A stretch of DNA of 64,000 bases from an uncultured SAR86 cluster bacterium (GCA_902623685.1 CACNUQ010000002.1:101650-165649), one strand, 5' to 3'; positions 30,340 to 39,282 are shown, counted from the stretch's first letter. Numbers and translations: made by a program. The notes: a model not told the origin generated them from the letters alone.

Positions 30340-32166
30340 TTATCCTAAATATTTATCTAACTGTCTGAGATATTTGGAAGGATCCTTGGGAGAACCACCT
30401 TCAGCAATTACTGCATAATCAAACAAAAATTCAGCAAAATTATTAAACTCTTTACCTGACATTGCTCCCAATTTTTTTATTAACTTGTGCTTTAGATTAA
30501 CTTCAAAAACAGGCTTAGAGTCTTCAAATGTCTGCCCTGAAGCCTCTAATATTCTTTTTAATTGTGCGCCTGGTTCATTTTTAGAAAGCACTAAACATGC
30601 CGCAGAGTCAACCAGACGAGAGCTGGCTATAACATCAGTAACTCTATGCTCTAAAGATTTCTTCATTTTGTTTATAATTTCTTGCTTTTCTTTAGTAACG
30701 CGAGGTTTTTTTGCGCCTTCCTCAAGCTCCTCCTTGGCGACATTGACTAATTCTTTTCCCTTAAATTGCATTAGTGTAGACATCAGCCACTCATCGATTC
30801 TGTCTGTTAGCAATAGAACCTCTGTTCCATTTGCTTTTAGATTCTCAATATGGGGTGAATTTGCTGCAGCTTCAAATGTATCTGCTATTGAAAAATAAAT
30901 CTTATCTGAATCATCATTCATTCTTTCAATATATTGATCTAGAGTAGTATTTGGACTGTTCTCATCTGAGGCTGAGCTTGAAAATAAAAATAGCTCAGCA
31001 ATTGATTCAGAATTTTCATAATCTTCAGCAGGACCTTCCTTAATAACTAAGCCAAATTCTTTCCAGAATTTTTTATATTCTTCAGGCTTATCCTTTTGCA
31101 TTTTCTTCAAAGTATCAAGAACCCTTTTACTTAAACCTTTTTTAATTGAGTCAACCAGTGGATGGTCTTGTAATATCTCACGGGAGACGTTAAGAGGTAG
31201 GTCGCTAGAATCAACAACGCCTTTTACAAATCGAAGATACAGTGGAAGGAAATGAGCAGCGTCATCCATGATGAATACTCTTTGAATAAAAAGCTTTATC
31301 CCCCTTGGTGTATCTCTGTTCCAAAGATCATATGGAGATTTTTCTGGGATGAATAATAAGCTTGAATACTCCTGCTTGCCTTCAACTTTGTTATGCATCC
31401 ATGTTAAGGGATCGTTTGTATCATATGAAATGAACTTATAAAACTCTTTGTATTCATCTGCTTTAACTGATCTCTTAGACTTCAACCAGATAGCTTCGGA
31501 ATCGTTGATAGTCTCGGATTCACCTTCCTCAGGATTTAATATCAATGGAAAATTGATGTATTGAGAATATTTTTGTAACAAGAATTTTACTCTCATTAAT
31601 TCAGAAAATTCTTTGTTATCCTCGTTCAAATAGATTGTAATGGTTGTTCCTCTATTCTCTTTTGGAATATTCGATAATTGATATGTATCTTCGCCTGTGC
31701 TCTCCCACATTACAGCATCCTCAGGTTTTAAATTCGCTGCTCTAGAGTGAACCGATACTTTCTCAGCAACCATAAAGACAGAATAAAAACCTACACCAAA
31801 TTGACCTATAAGATTTGAATCCTTTTTATTGTCACCAGTCATTTCTGATAAAAATTGGGCTGTACCAGATTTAGCAATTGTTCCTATATTTTCAATAATT
31901 TCTTCCTCACTCATGCCAATTCCATTATCAGAAATAGTAACAGTATTGTTTTTAGCATTTAGACTGATATTGATATTTAACTCTGTATCTCCATCGAGTA
32001 ACTTTGAGTCTTCTATTGCATTGAATCTTAACTTATCAAGGGCATCAGAAGAATTAGAGACTAGCTCTCTTAAAAAAATTTCCTTGTTTGAATACAAGGA
32101 ATGAATCATTAATTGTAAAAGTTGCTTGGTTTCAGTTTGAAATGATTTAGTTTTAGCTTTTGCCAT
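30340..32166 (-). CDS. htpG: Molecular chaperone HtpG (Hsp90)
   Basis: FQTETKQLLQLMIHSLYSNKEIFLRELVSNSSDALDK and GQFGVGFYS are the GHKL ATPase motifs. Confidence 0.95.
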   Translation of the reverse strand: MAKAKTKSFQTETKQLLQLMIHSLYSNKEIFLRELVSNSSDALDKLRFNAIEDSKLLDGDTELNINISLNAKNNTVTISDNGIGMSEEEIIENIGTIAKSGTAQFLSEMTGDNKKDSNLIGQFGVGFYSVFMVAEKVSVHSRAANLKPEDAVMWESTGEDTYQLSNIPKENRGTTITIYLNEDNKEFSELMRVKFLLQKYSQYINFPLILNPEEGESETINDSEAIWLKSKRSVKADEYKEFYKFISYDTNDPLTWMHNKVEGKQEYSSLLFIPEKSPYDLWNRDTPRGIKLFIQRVFIMDDAAHFLPLYLRFVKGVVDSSDLPLNVSREILQDHPLVDSIKKGLSKRVLDTLKKMQKDKPEEYKKFWKEFGLVIKEGPAEDYENSESIAELFLFSSSASDENSPNTTLDQYIERMNDDSDKIYFSIADTFEAAANSPHIENLKANGTEVLLLTDRIDEWLMSTLMQFKGKELVNVAKEELEEGAKKPRVTKEKQEIINKMKKSLEHRVTDVIASSRLVDSAACLVLSKNEPGAQLKRILEASGQTFEDSKPVFEVNLKHKLIKKLGAMSGKEFNNFAEFLFDYAVIAEGGSPKDPSKYLRQLDKYLG

Positions 32167-32190
32167 GATTATGTGTCCCCTATTAAACTA

Positions 32191-32218
32191 ATATGGTGTT
32201 TAAAATTTTAACTTCAAG
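32191..32218 (-). promoter_or_regulatory. Sigma32-type heat-shock promoter of htpG
   Basis: The minus strand reads CTTGAA, a 14-nt spacer, then CACCATAT (consensus CTTGAAA N13-15 CCCCATNT). The -10 element ends 24 nt upstream of the htpG ATG, and an AGGGGA Shine-Dalgarno lies between them. Confidence 0.55.
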
Positions 32219-32224
32219 CACAGA

Positions 32225-32365
32225 TTAATTTTTTTTTGATTCAGCTTTACATCTCTTACTGCAAAATTTTACTTCGTCCCAGGAGCGTTCCCATTTTTTT
32301 CTCCAACTAAAAGATTTTCCACACAATTGGCATAATTTAGTTTGTAGATTTAATTTTTTATGCAA
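32225..32365 (-). CDS. DUF2256-type small zinc-ribbon protein (46 aa), absent from the ORF track
   Basis: My hand translation is MHKKLNLQTKLCQLCGKSFSWRKKWERSWDEVKFCSKRCKAESKKN. CxxCG..F.WRKKW...W..V.FCS.RC is the DUF2256 signature as I recall it. It has a TTG start with no clear SD, 8 nt after the upstream stop. Confidence 0.55.
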   Translation of the reverse strand: MHKKLNLQTKLCQLCGKSFSWRKKWERSWDEVKFCSKRCKAESKKN

Positions 32366-32373
32366 GGCAGGGG

Positions 32374-32772
32374 TTAATCAAAATTTATAAAAAATTGAAT
32401 AATACTTAAAGCAAAAATCACAATGGTGCAATAAACACTAAAACCATGTGAGAAAGAAAATATAGTTTCCCATCCTCTGTCTTTTGCAGCATTGGTAATT
32501 GGAATCCCAATCAGACCAAATAAAGCATGGGCAGAGATATTAAAGCCAATCCACCAACTTAGTTGCGAATCCTGAAAATAAAGTATCAGGATCGCTGGTA
32601 AAGAAAGCAAAAAAATCAACGCGTAATAACGGGGAAATATCGCTCGTAAAAATCGTGATGCTGAATCCTCATCAAGAGTTTTAAATATTATTGGTGTAGT
32701 TAAAACAAGGTGACAAAAAATAATCCCAGCCATTGTGAGATTTAGAAGGATAAGTGTTATTTGACTGCTCAT
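32374..32772 (-). CDS. Four-TM membrane protein, DUF4149/TMEM205-like
   Basis: It has a hydrophobic 4-TM profile and an FPRYY motif. I chose the start MSSQ at 32772 because the track's extension overlaps tRNA-Asp. Confidence 0.5.
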   Translation of the reverse strand: MSSQITLILLNLTMAGIIFCHLVLTTPIIFKTLDEDSASRFLRAIFPRYYALIFLLSLPAILILYFQDSQLSWWIGFNISAHALFGLIGIPITNAAKDRGWETIFSFSHGFSVYCTIVIFALSIIQFFINFD

Positions 32773-32781
32773 ATTAAAAAA

Positions 32782-32859
32782 TGGCGATCCGGACGAGACT
32801 CGAACTCGCAACCTCCGCCGTGACAGGGCGGCGTTCTAACCAAATTGAACTACCGGACC
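32782..32859 (-). tRNA. tRNA-Asp (GUC)
   Basis: The hand-folded cloverleaf has the acceptor pair GGTCCGG/CCGGATC, anticodon loop CUGUCAC and an encoded CCA. Confidence 0.9.
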
Positions 32860-33051
32860 GCGAACGCTTTTGCATGATAGCTTTTTTTGATTTTTCTGCA
32901 ACTACTTTTTCCATTACCTTTTAGGGATAATTTTGTCAAATTCAATGAAAAAAATATATGTAATAATTTTACTCAAGTCTTTAAATTTTGATATGCTTAT
33001 CTAACTGTCCATGGGGGAGAGTATTAATATATTAATAATAAGGAGTGTTAA

Positions 33052-33789
33052 ATGAAATATTTATTGACTCTCATTGGTTTGATAAGCATGCCTTCATTTG
33101 CTGAATCAGCAGGTGATCTTCAGACCAGTGATTTAACAGGTATTTCCTTTTGGCTTGTAACAGCAGCTATGCTTGCAGCTACTGTGTTCTTCTTTGCAGA
33201 AAGAGATCAAGTAAAAGGTAAATGGAAAACATCTTTATCAGTAGCAGGTTTAGTTACTGGTGTCGCATTCTGGCACTATCTCTATATGAGAGGTGTTTGG
33301 GTAGATACTGGTGCATCTCCAACTGTATACAGATATATAGACTGGTTAATCACAGTTCCACTTCAAATAATTGAGTTCTATTTGATTCTAAGAGTCTGTA
33401 CAAATGTATCTTCTGGTCTTTTCTGGAGATTATTAGTTGCATCCTTAGTCATGCTTATTGCAGGATTCATGGGAGAAACTGGATCAAACGCGTTGGTTTG
33501 CTTTGTTATTGGAATGGCTGGATGGTTATACATCATCTATGAAGTCTTTACTGGTGAAGCAGGCAAGCTGAATGCATCTAGTGGCAACGCAGCTGCTCAG
33601 CAAGCTTTCAGTACAATCAGACTGATTGTAACTGTAGGTTGGGCTATTTATCCTATTGGGTATTTCCTTACAATGGGAACAGGAGCAGATCTTGCTGGTG
33701 CAAACCTAATATATAACCTTGCAGATTTTATAAATAAAATTGCTTTCGGTTTAGCTATTTGGGCTGCTGCAGTTAGTGACTCAGAATAG
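33052..33789 (+). CDS. Proteorhodopsin, blue-absorbing type (Gln at the tuning position)
   Basis: The sequence aligns along its length with green proteorhodopsin EBAC31A08 as I recall it. RYIDWLITVPLQIIEF carries the proton acceptor Asp97, Gln105 and the donor Glu108. The Schiff-base Lys lies in NLADFINKIAFG. A signal peptide and an AAGGAG Shine-Dalgarno are present. Confidence 0.95.
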   Translation: MKYLLTLIGLISMPSFAESAGDLQTSDLTGISFWLVTAAMLAATVFFFAERDQVKGKWKTSLSVAGLVTGVAFWHYLYMRGVWVDTGASPTVYRYIDWLITVPLQIIEFYLILRVCTNVSSGLFWRLLVASLVMLIAGFMGETGSNALVCFVIGMAGWLYIIYEVFTGEAGKLNASSGNAAAQQAFSTIRLIVTVGWAIYPIGYFLTMGTGADLAGANLIYNLADFINKIAFGLAIWAAAVSDSE

Positions 33790-33802
33790 TCTTATTTAAA
33801 CT

Positions 33803-33835
33803 AAAAAAGCCTGGATTTTTCCAGGCTTTTTTTTG
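33803..33835 (+). terminator. Rho-independent (bidirectional) terminator after proteorhodopsin
   Basis: AGCCTGGA-TTTT-TCCAGGCT is a perfect 8-bp stem, flanked by an A-run and a T8 run. Confidence 0.8.
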
Positions 33836-33841
33836 TTTGTT

Positions 33842-33917
33842 TGGTGGGTGATGACAGGCTCGAACTGCCGACCCTCTCGGTGTAAACGAGATGCTCTCCC
33901 AACTGAGCTAATCACCC
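33842..33917 (-). tRNA. tRNA-Val (UAC)
   Basis: The hand-folded cloverleaf is 76 nt with anticodon loop UUUACAC and an encoded CCA. Confidence 0.9.
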
Positions 33918-33923
33918 AATAAT

Positions 33924-34340
33924 TTAAAACATTGCCTTAAGTTGATCCTCCATTTTTTGGTAATCCCAAAAGGCCCGTAATGATACTATTTTATCATCAG
34001 AATTTACACGATAAATAACAATCATTTTTGTTTCAATTGTTTCATCGCCAACAATATTTTTTATTTCTGCGAAATTAGCACATTCATCTGCGCACGGAAT
34101 AGATTCCAAAATATTGAACTCAATATTTCCATTTGCAATTACAGTATCATAAAATTTTTCAATTGCCCCTTTGCCCTTATGCCCATTTCCATCGGGGTCT
34201 AAAGGACTCTTCCCTATCGGATCCTGAACAATCGCGTCTTCAGCAAACAAATCAAGCCAGTTTTGTTTATCTTTTGCTACTGCATAATCTCTAGAAAGAA
34301 ATCCTAGTTCTTGAGCTTTAGTTTTTGGTTTCATCTTCAA
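33924..34340 (-). CDS. NTF2/SnoaL-like (ketosteroid-isomerase-fold) protein
   Basis: The size (138 aa) and the pattern NWLDLFAEDAIVQDP ... RAFWD are typical of SnoaL-like cone folds. Confidence 0.5.
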   Translation of the reverse strand: MKMKPKTKAQELGFLSRDYAVAKDKQNWLDLFAEDAIVQDPIGKSPLDPDGNGHKGKGAIEKFYDTVIANGNIEFNILESIPCADECANFAEIKNIVGDETIETKMIVIYRVNSDDKIVSLRAFWDYQKMEDQLKAMF

Positions 34341-35226
34341 TCTCCTTAGATGGGTTTATTTCCAATCTAGCAAAATATATACCAATCAAAGCAATGATGA
34401 CAAAGCTTAATTGGATAAAGTTTAAATACTCATAAAAAACTATTGCTCCGAAGATTGTTGCAATAATTGGCTGCATTAATAAACCAACGGAGCCAAAAGA
34501 GGCTTTTATTTTTGGCAAACTAAATGTTATGAAGAATTGACCTCCTGCTTGACATAAAATTGCCATAGCTAATAAATTATAAAATTGAGTTAATGAACTT
34601 GGCAGAAATACTCTTGATTCAATCAAAGCAAAGATTAATCCAAAAAAACATGTAAACAAAGTTGTATAAAAAATAATATTAATGGCGCTTTCTTTTCCTA
34701 AGCGAGAAATTATTAATAGATAGGTGGCGTATAAGAATGCTGCCATCAGAGCCATTAGATCTCCAATTAAAGCTCCTTGAGTTTTTGAGTTTGAAAAATA
34801 TACTAACCCGACAACACCAACATAAGTCAAAACAAATGATAAAAGGAAATTTTTAGAAATAGATTCTTTGAAGATTAATACACCAAAGAGAACTAAATAT
34901 ATCGAGGCTGTATTTACAAATATTGTAGCATTAGCAATTGAAGTAAATTCTATGCTCCAATGCCAAAGACTCATATCAGCTGCAAAAGCAAATGAAGCAA
35001 TAAAAACTAAAGTTAAATTTTTTTTACTTTTTAATTTAAAAGCCTCAGCTCGATTGAAATAAATATTTATGAGAGCTAAAAAAGGTAAAGCAAGAAACAT
35101 TCGATAAAAAAGATTCCAAGATGGAGATAATTCACTCCATCTGACAAATAATGGTGCCAGTCCAATTAATCCAGCTCCAAAACAAAGAACAAAAAAATTC
35201 TGTGCTGACTTTAATTGTGATGACAT
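34318..35226 (-). CDS. DMT-superfamily (EamA-type) transporter
   Basis: The 302-aa protein has about 10 TM segments with a two-fold EamA-like repeat. Confidence 0.7.
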   Translation of the reverse strand: MSSQLKSAQNFFVLCFGAGLIGLAPLFVRWSELSPSWNLFYRMFLALPFLALINIYFNRAEAFKLKSKKNLTLVFIASFAFAADMSLWHWSIEFTSIANATIFVNTASIYLVLFGVLIFKESISKNFLLSFVLTYVGVVGLVYFSNSKTQGALIGDLMALMAAFLYATYLLIISRLGKESAINIIFYTTLFTCFFGLIFALIESRVFLPSSLTQFYNLLAMAILCQAGGQFFITFSLPKIKASFGSVGLLMQPIIATIFGAIVFYEYLNFIQLSFVIIALIGIYFARLEINPSKEIEDETKN

Positions 35227-35243
35227 AGTTATATACTTCTTTT

Positions 35244-36602
35244 ATGTGTGCTGACATTGTAGAACATGAAGATAGAATTATCTCTGTTGGGCAGCTAAAC
35301 CAACAAGCAAAAAAACTCCTTGAAAATCAATTTAGAGGGGTTTCTGTTTTAGGAGAAATATCAAACATTGCTCGCCCCTCCTCTGGGCATATCTACTTTA
35401 CATTGAAAGATGAAGATGGAGCTATACGATGCGCCATGTTTAAAAATCAAAATTTAAGATTAAATTTTGAACCGCAAAATGGAGATCAGTGTGTTCTAAA
35501 AGGACAAGTTAGCCTATATGCACCCCGAGGTGACTATCAATTAATTGTTAGTTCAATGCAACCAGCTGGAGCTGGTAATCTAATGCATCAATTTGAAGAA
35601 CTGAAGAAGAAGCTTGATGCAGAAGGATTATTTGATCAAGCCATCAAACAAAACCTACCAAAACAGCCTAAACATATTGGTATTATCACCTCAGAATCAA
35701 CTGCAGCGTTTCAGGATGTTTTAACCACCATTGAAAGACGCGCTCCAATTAGTCAAGTGACTCTAATTCCAGCCATGGTGCAAGGAGATACTGCGCCTAG
35801 AACACTCATCGCAGCATTACAGAGCGTTCTAGAATTTAATAATTTAAACCATAATCCATTTGATGTAATTATTATCTGCAGAGGCGGAGGATCTATTGAA
35901 GATTTATGGGCATTCAATAATGAAAGCTTGGCTAGAGAAATATTTGACTTTCCTTTACCTATTATCTCAGGTGTAGGCCATGAGATAGACTTTACGATTA
36001 CAGATTTTGTATCCGATTTAAGAGCTCCAACTCCGACTGCTGCTGCAGAGTTAGTTACTGAGAATTATTTTCAACTCACAGATAGGCTTCAAGAAGTTAA
36101 AACAAATCTCAGTTATCTAATGCAAGGAGTCTTAGCTGACAAAAGTCAGAAAATTCTACTTTTGTCACAAAACCTGAAAAGCCCATTAACTTTACTGAAA
36201 GAGCAATCGCAATCTATAGATAATTTTGAGCTTCGTCTATTGGGGGCAATTCAAAGTATAACTGTCAAAGCTAAACAAAACTTTCAGATATTAACCACTC
36301 AGATATATCAATCAAGGGCTTTGCAAAAGTTTGTTACGTATAACGATCGGCTACATAATGAAAGGAAATCTCTGAAAATTCAGCTAACAAACATTATTGA
36401 ACAACGAAAATTAACACTTCAAAGCATGTCCTCTAATCTTAAAGCTGTAAGTCCTTTAGCAGTGCTTGATAGAGGCTATGCAATAGTAATGAATGATAAA
36501 GGCAAGGCCTTAAAATCTTCAAAAGAAGTAAAAGTTGGCGATATCATAAATACTCGTCTAGCTGAAGGAGAAATAATTTCGAATGTTTCAAAAAAAAATT
36601 AA
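35244..36602 (+). CDS. xseA: Exodeoxyribonuclease VII large subunit
   Basis: An N-terminal OB fold (VGQLNQQAKKLLENQF ... GEISN ... SGHIYFTLKD), the catalytic region RGGGSIEDLWAFN and a coiled-coil tail are present. Confidence 0.9.
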   Translation: MCADIVEHEDRIISVGQLNQQAKKLLENQFRGVSVLGEISNIARPSSGHIYFTLKDEDGAIRCAMFKNQNLRLNFEPQNGDQCVLKGQVSLYAPRGDYQLIVSSMQPAGAGNLMHQFEELKKKLDAEGLFDQAIKQNLPKQPKHIGIITSESTAAFQDVLTTIERRAPISQVTLIPAMVQGDTAPRTLIAALQSVLEFNNLNHNPFDVIIICRGGGSIEDLWAFNNESLAREIFDFPLPIISGVGHEIDFTITDFVSDLRAPTPTAAAELVTENYFQLTDRLQEVKTNLSYLMQGVLADKSQKILLLSQNLKSPLTLLKEQSQSIDNFELRLLGAIQSITVKAKQNFQILTTQIYQSRALQKFVTYNDRLHNERKSLKIQLTNIIEQRKLTLQSMSSNLKAVSPLAVLDRGYAIVMNDKGKALKSSKEVKVGDIINTRLAEGEIISNVSKKN

Positions 36603-37380
36603 TCTTTTAAATTTATCTTTGTTTATTAGCTTTACTAGTCTTCAAATTATTGCAGCAGATTTAATTGAAGGTCAAAGTGGAGAAATTATTCCAATTCCCG
36701 CTCCACAAGATAAAAATGAAGATCAGCTTACATTTAAAACTTCTTCTGGCATAAAACAACTTATAAGCTTGCCATTTGTTAAGCAGGATTTAATGATCAC
36801 AAGACATCACCTTGATGTGAAAGTGAATTGGGTTAATTTTGGTGAATCAAGAATTACTATTACTGATTCAAGCAAAGTAACCTTAAGTGATGCCGATCAA
36901 GCAAGAGCTAACAAGGAGGCGATAGAAATAAAAGCAGCTTTAAAAAATTCAACCAATGAAATTACACCGTCTTTTAATTTTATACCTCCCGTTCCTGGAC
37001 GAATAACATCTCCATTTGGCAAACAAAGATTTATAAATGGTCTACCTAGATCAGCTCATTTAGCATTGGACCTTAGTGGAGCAATTGGCACTCCAATTGT
37101 TGCCCCATTAAAAGGAAAAGTAGTCTTAGTTGGTGATTATTTTTATACAGGTCTCACTGTAATTCTTGATCATGGTTATGGGCTTTTTTCTTCTTATGCA
37201 CACATGAGTGAAATACAAGCCCAATTGGGTGATCTTCTGGAACAATCTGATCAAATTGGGAAGGTTGGATCCACTGGCAGAGTAACTGGGCCGCATCTTC
37301 ATTGGACCGTGTACTTTGACGGTAATAAGGTTAATCCAGAATCTTTAATTCAAGAAGATTTTCTAAATTCCATCCTTTAA
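36583..37380 (+). CDS. Secreted M23-family metallopeptidase
   Basis: It has a signal peptide and the M23 zinc motifs HLALD, LDHGYGLFSSYAHMS and GPHLHW. Confidence 0.8.
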   Translation: MFQKKINLLNLSLFISFTSLQIIAADLIEGQSGEIIPIPAPQDKNEDQLTFKTSSGIKQLISLPFVKQDLMITRHHLDVKVNWVNFGESRITITDSSKVTLSDADQARANKEAIEIKAALKNSTNEITPSFNFIPPVPGRITSPFGKQRFINGLPRSAHLALDLSGAIGTPIVAPLKGKVVLVGDYFYTGLTVILDHGYGLFSSYAHMSEIQAQLGDLLEQSDQIGKVGSTGRVTGPHLHWTVYFDGNKVNPESLIQEDFLNSIL

Positions 37381-37815
37381 ATCTCTATAAACTATGGATA
37401 GGCTAGCTTCATCTTGAGGCTTTAGGCTTGCAAAAACAATCTCTCCTGCTGGAGAAATAAAATAGGTTGCAGGAAGAGTTTTTGGAGTTTCTATGCCCCA
37501 CAGTGTTCTAGGATGAGTAATCATAGAGGGGTAAGTTATACCAAACCTTTTAATTTGAGGTCTTAGATCTTCAGCATCAAGTCGATCAAAATTAAATGCA
37601 AAAACTTTAACTTCAGGATATTTTTCTGCAAAAGAAACAATTTCGGGTATTTCCTTGATGCATGGAGGACACCAATCAGCCCAGTAATTCACCAATACCC
37701 ATTTACCATCGAGGCTTGAACTAAAAATTGGCTTTGAATCAAAAATTTCTATATCGCCCTTTTCGCAAGAAATAAGAAAAAGACAAAATAAAGTTAATGG
37801 TAATTTAAATTTCAT
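37363..37815 (-). CDS. TlpA/redoxin-type thiol:disulfide oxidoreductase lipoprotein
   Basis: It has a lipobox (LFLISC), a thioredoxin fold and the WCPPC active site. Confidence 0.7.
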   Translation of the reverse strand: MKFKLPLTLFCLFLISCEKGDIEIFDSKPIFSSSLDGKWVLVNYWADWCPPCIKEIPEIVSFAEKYPEVKVFAFNFDRLDAEDLRPQIKRFGITYPSMITHPRTLWGIETPKTLPATYFISPAGEIVFASLKPQDEASLSIVYRDLKDGI

Positions 37816-37844
37816 GTTTTATAGTATTGCAAAAGGAAACTATT

Positions 37845-38450
37845 ATGCATCAAAAATATCTTCTAATCTTATTTTATTCTGCAACTGGAGCTGTGAAGAA
37901 TCTTGCCCATGCTATAGCTGATGGTGCAGAAAAAAAAGGTCTTGAGGTTAGAATTAGGACAGTTCCAAAGGTTTCTTCGGTAGCTGAAGCGGTTGAGGCA
38001 AGCATCCCTGAAAAGGGAGAAATATATTGCACTAAAGAAGACTTAATTGATTGTGCTGGAATAGCACTTGGATCTCCAACAAGATTTGGATCTATGGCAG
38101 CGCCTTTGAAATATTTTTTAGATTCTACTGGAGATATTTGGTCAAATCATGAATTAGAAAATAAACTTGGCTGCGTATTTACATCAACTGGATCAATGCA
38201 TGGTGGACAAGAAATTACATTATTTAATTTAATGACCTATTTATTACATCAAGGAGTAATTTTTGTTGGGGCCCCATATTCAATTTCTAATCTTTCTAGC
38301 ACAAAAAGTGGTGGTACTCCCTATGGCCCATCACATGTTGCAAATATAAATAAATCGGGAGATTTAACTTCTGCTGAGAGAGAAATCGCCATAGCGACTG
38401 GCAAACGAATGGCTGAGCTTATTTTGAAATTTAATAACGATGAAGCTTAG
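37845..38450 (+). CDS. wrbA: NAD(P)H:quinone oxidoreductase, WrbA-type flavodoxin-like
   Basis: ILFYSATGAVKNLA is the flavodoxin-like N-terminus, with GSPTRFGSMAAPLKYFLD and GTPYG. I chose the ATG at 37845, preceded by an AAGGAA Shine-Dalgarno. Confidence 0.8.
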   Translation: MHQKYLLILFYSATGAVKNLAHAIADGAEKKGLEVRIRTVPKVSSVAEAVEASIPEKGEIYCTKEDLIDCAGIALGSPTRFGSMAAPLKYFLDSTGDIWSNHELENKLGCVFTSTGSMHGGQEITLFNLMTYLLHQGVIFVGAPYSISNLSSTKSGGTPYGPSHVANINKSGDLTSAEREIAIATGKRMAELILKFNNDEA

Positions 38451-38766
38451 AGAAAGTTTTCTTACATTCAATGGTTTACTGATTTTTAACCATCTTATAA
38501 AAGGTTTATTAAATGGAACACCTTGGATTGGATTATTGATTTGGTCCCTACCCCTTCTAATTTTTGAATACAAAGCATACTCAAATCCAACTGCAAAAGT
38601 TTATCAAATATATGGTTTTATTATTCTGATATATTTTATGAGTTCATGCCTTGTTGTATTTGGGCTGCCAAATCCTAGTTTGTTAAGCTGGGTGGAGCTG
38701 TTGTTAATAGTTGTTTCTTTTTTTGTTGGAGTCTATGCTGCAAGAGAGCAATTAAATGTAAAGTAA
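38440..38766 (+). CDS. Small membrane protein, DUF2069-like
   Basis: The 108-aa protein has 3-4 TM segments. It overlaps the wrbA stop, a pairing I recall from pseudomonads. Confidence 0.45.
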   Translation: MKLRESFLTFNGLLIFNHLIKGLLNGTPWIGLLIWSLPLLIFEYKAYSNPTAKVYQIYGFIILIYFMSSCLVVFGLPNPSLLSWVELLLIVVSFFVGVYAAREQLNVK

Positions 38767-38790
38767 ACTTGACAGTCAAGTAAACTTTAC
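38758..38790. promoter_or_regulatory. 33-nt near-perfect palindrome (candidate operator or hairpin)
   Basis: The sequence is GTAAAGTAAACTTGAC-A-GTCAAGTAAACTTTAC. The core ACTTGAC/GTCAAGT and the outer GTAAAGT/ACTTTAC arms pair perfectly, and AAGTAAACTT also occurs twice as a direct repeat. It spans the stop of the DUF2069-like ORF and lies 34 nt upstream of the next gene. Confidence 0.4.
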
Positions 38791-38823
38791 ATATGATTTA
38801 TTCAATATTTATTTCAAATTAAA

Positions 38824-39282
38824 ATGGCAAAAATTACTCACAAAGGATTATGGATAGAAGTTTCTTCCTTGAATCCTCTCGACAAAAAAAATTACATCAG
38901 ATCTATGATTTGCTTTATGTTCGGAGGTTTTTTTCTGGGCATTCATTTAGCATATGTAGGATTTTTAAATGGTGAGGAAATTCAAGATCTTGGCTCCTCA
39001 GGGCCGTATTTATTAATTATTAGAATATTGATAATAGTTTTTTTTCTACTTGCATCAGTCTTTTATAAAAACTTCTACCAAGCACAAGATGATTTTTTTA
39101 AAAGCTATAATAATGCAACATTTGCAGGTGGCGCTTATGGATTTTTAGTTTTTGGAACACTGGTCAGTGTTTTTTCGCCTTACTTTAACTTTCAGCCCAC
39201 TTTCTATGAATTCTTTTTAGCATTTGCGGCCGGAGCTTGCCTAGGTGGCTATTTATTTCATAAGAAATATATAGCGGATTGA
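38824..39282 (+). CDS. Hypothetical 4-TM membrane protein
   Basis: It has a hydrophobic profile and is translationally coupled (ATGA overlap) to the downstream HTH gene. I recognise no family. Confidence 0.4.
   Translation: MAKITHKGLWIEVSSLNPLDKKNYIRSMICFMFGGFFLGIHLAYVGFLNGEEIQDLGSSGPYLLIIRILIIVFFLLASVFYKNFYQAQDDFFKSYNNATFAGGAYGFLVFGTLVSVFSPYFNFQPTFYEFFLAFAAGACLGGYLFHKKYIAD

Noticed and set aside
30485-32104. Track ORFs 30485-30898(+) and 31829-32104(+) antisense to htpG
   Set aside because: They are Ser/Phe/Ile-rich mirror translations of the htpG coding strand and show no independent signals.
33022-33037. TATTAATATATTAATA palindrome or direct repeat just upstream of the proteorhodopsin Shine-Dalgarno, considered as a possible operator
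   Set aside because: It is pure A/T sequence in an AT-rich intergenic region, and such self-complementary strings are expected by chance. I have no supporting evidence for a regulator.
32860-33051. Search for an att-like direct repeat of the tRNA-Val or tRNA-Asp 3' end flanking proteorhodopsin
   Set aside because: I could find no convincing repeat of 10 nt or more by eye, so I do not call a genomic island or mobile element. Only the bracketed arrangement is reported.
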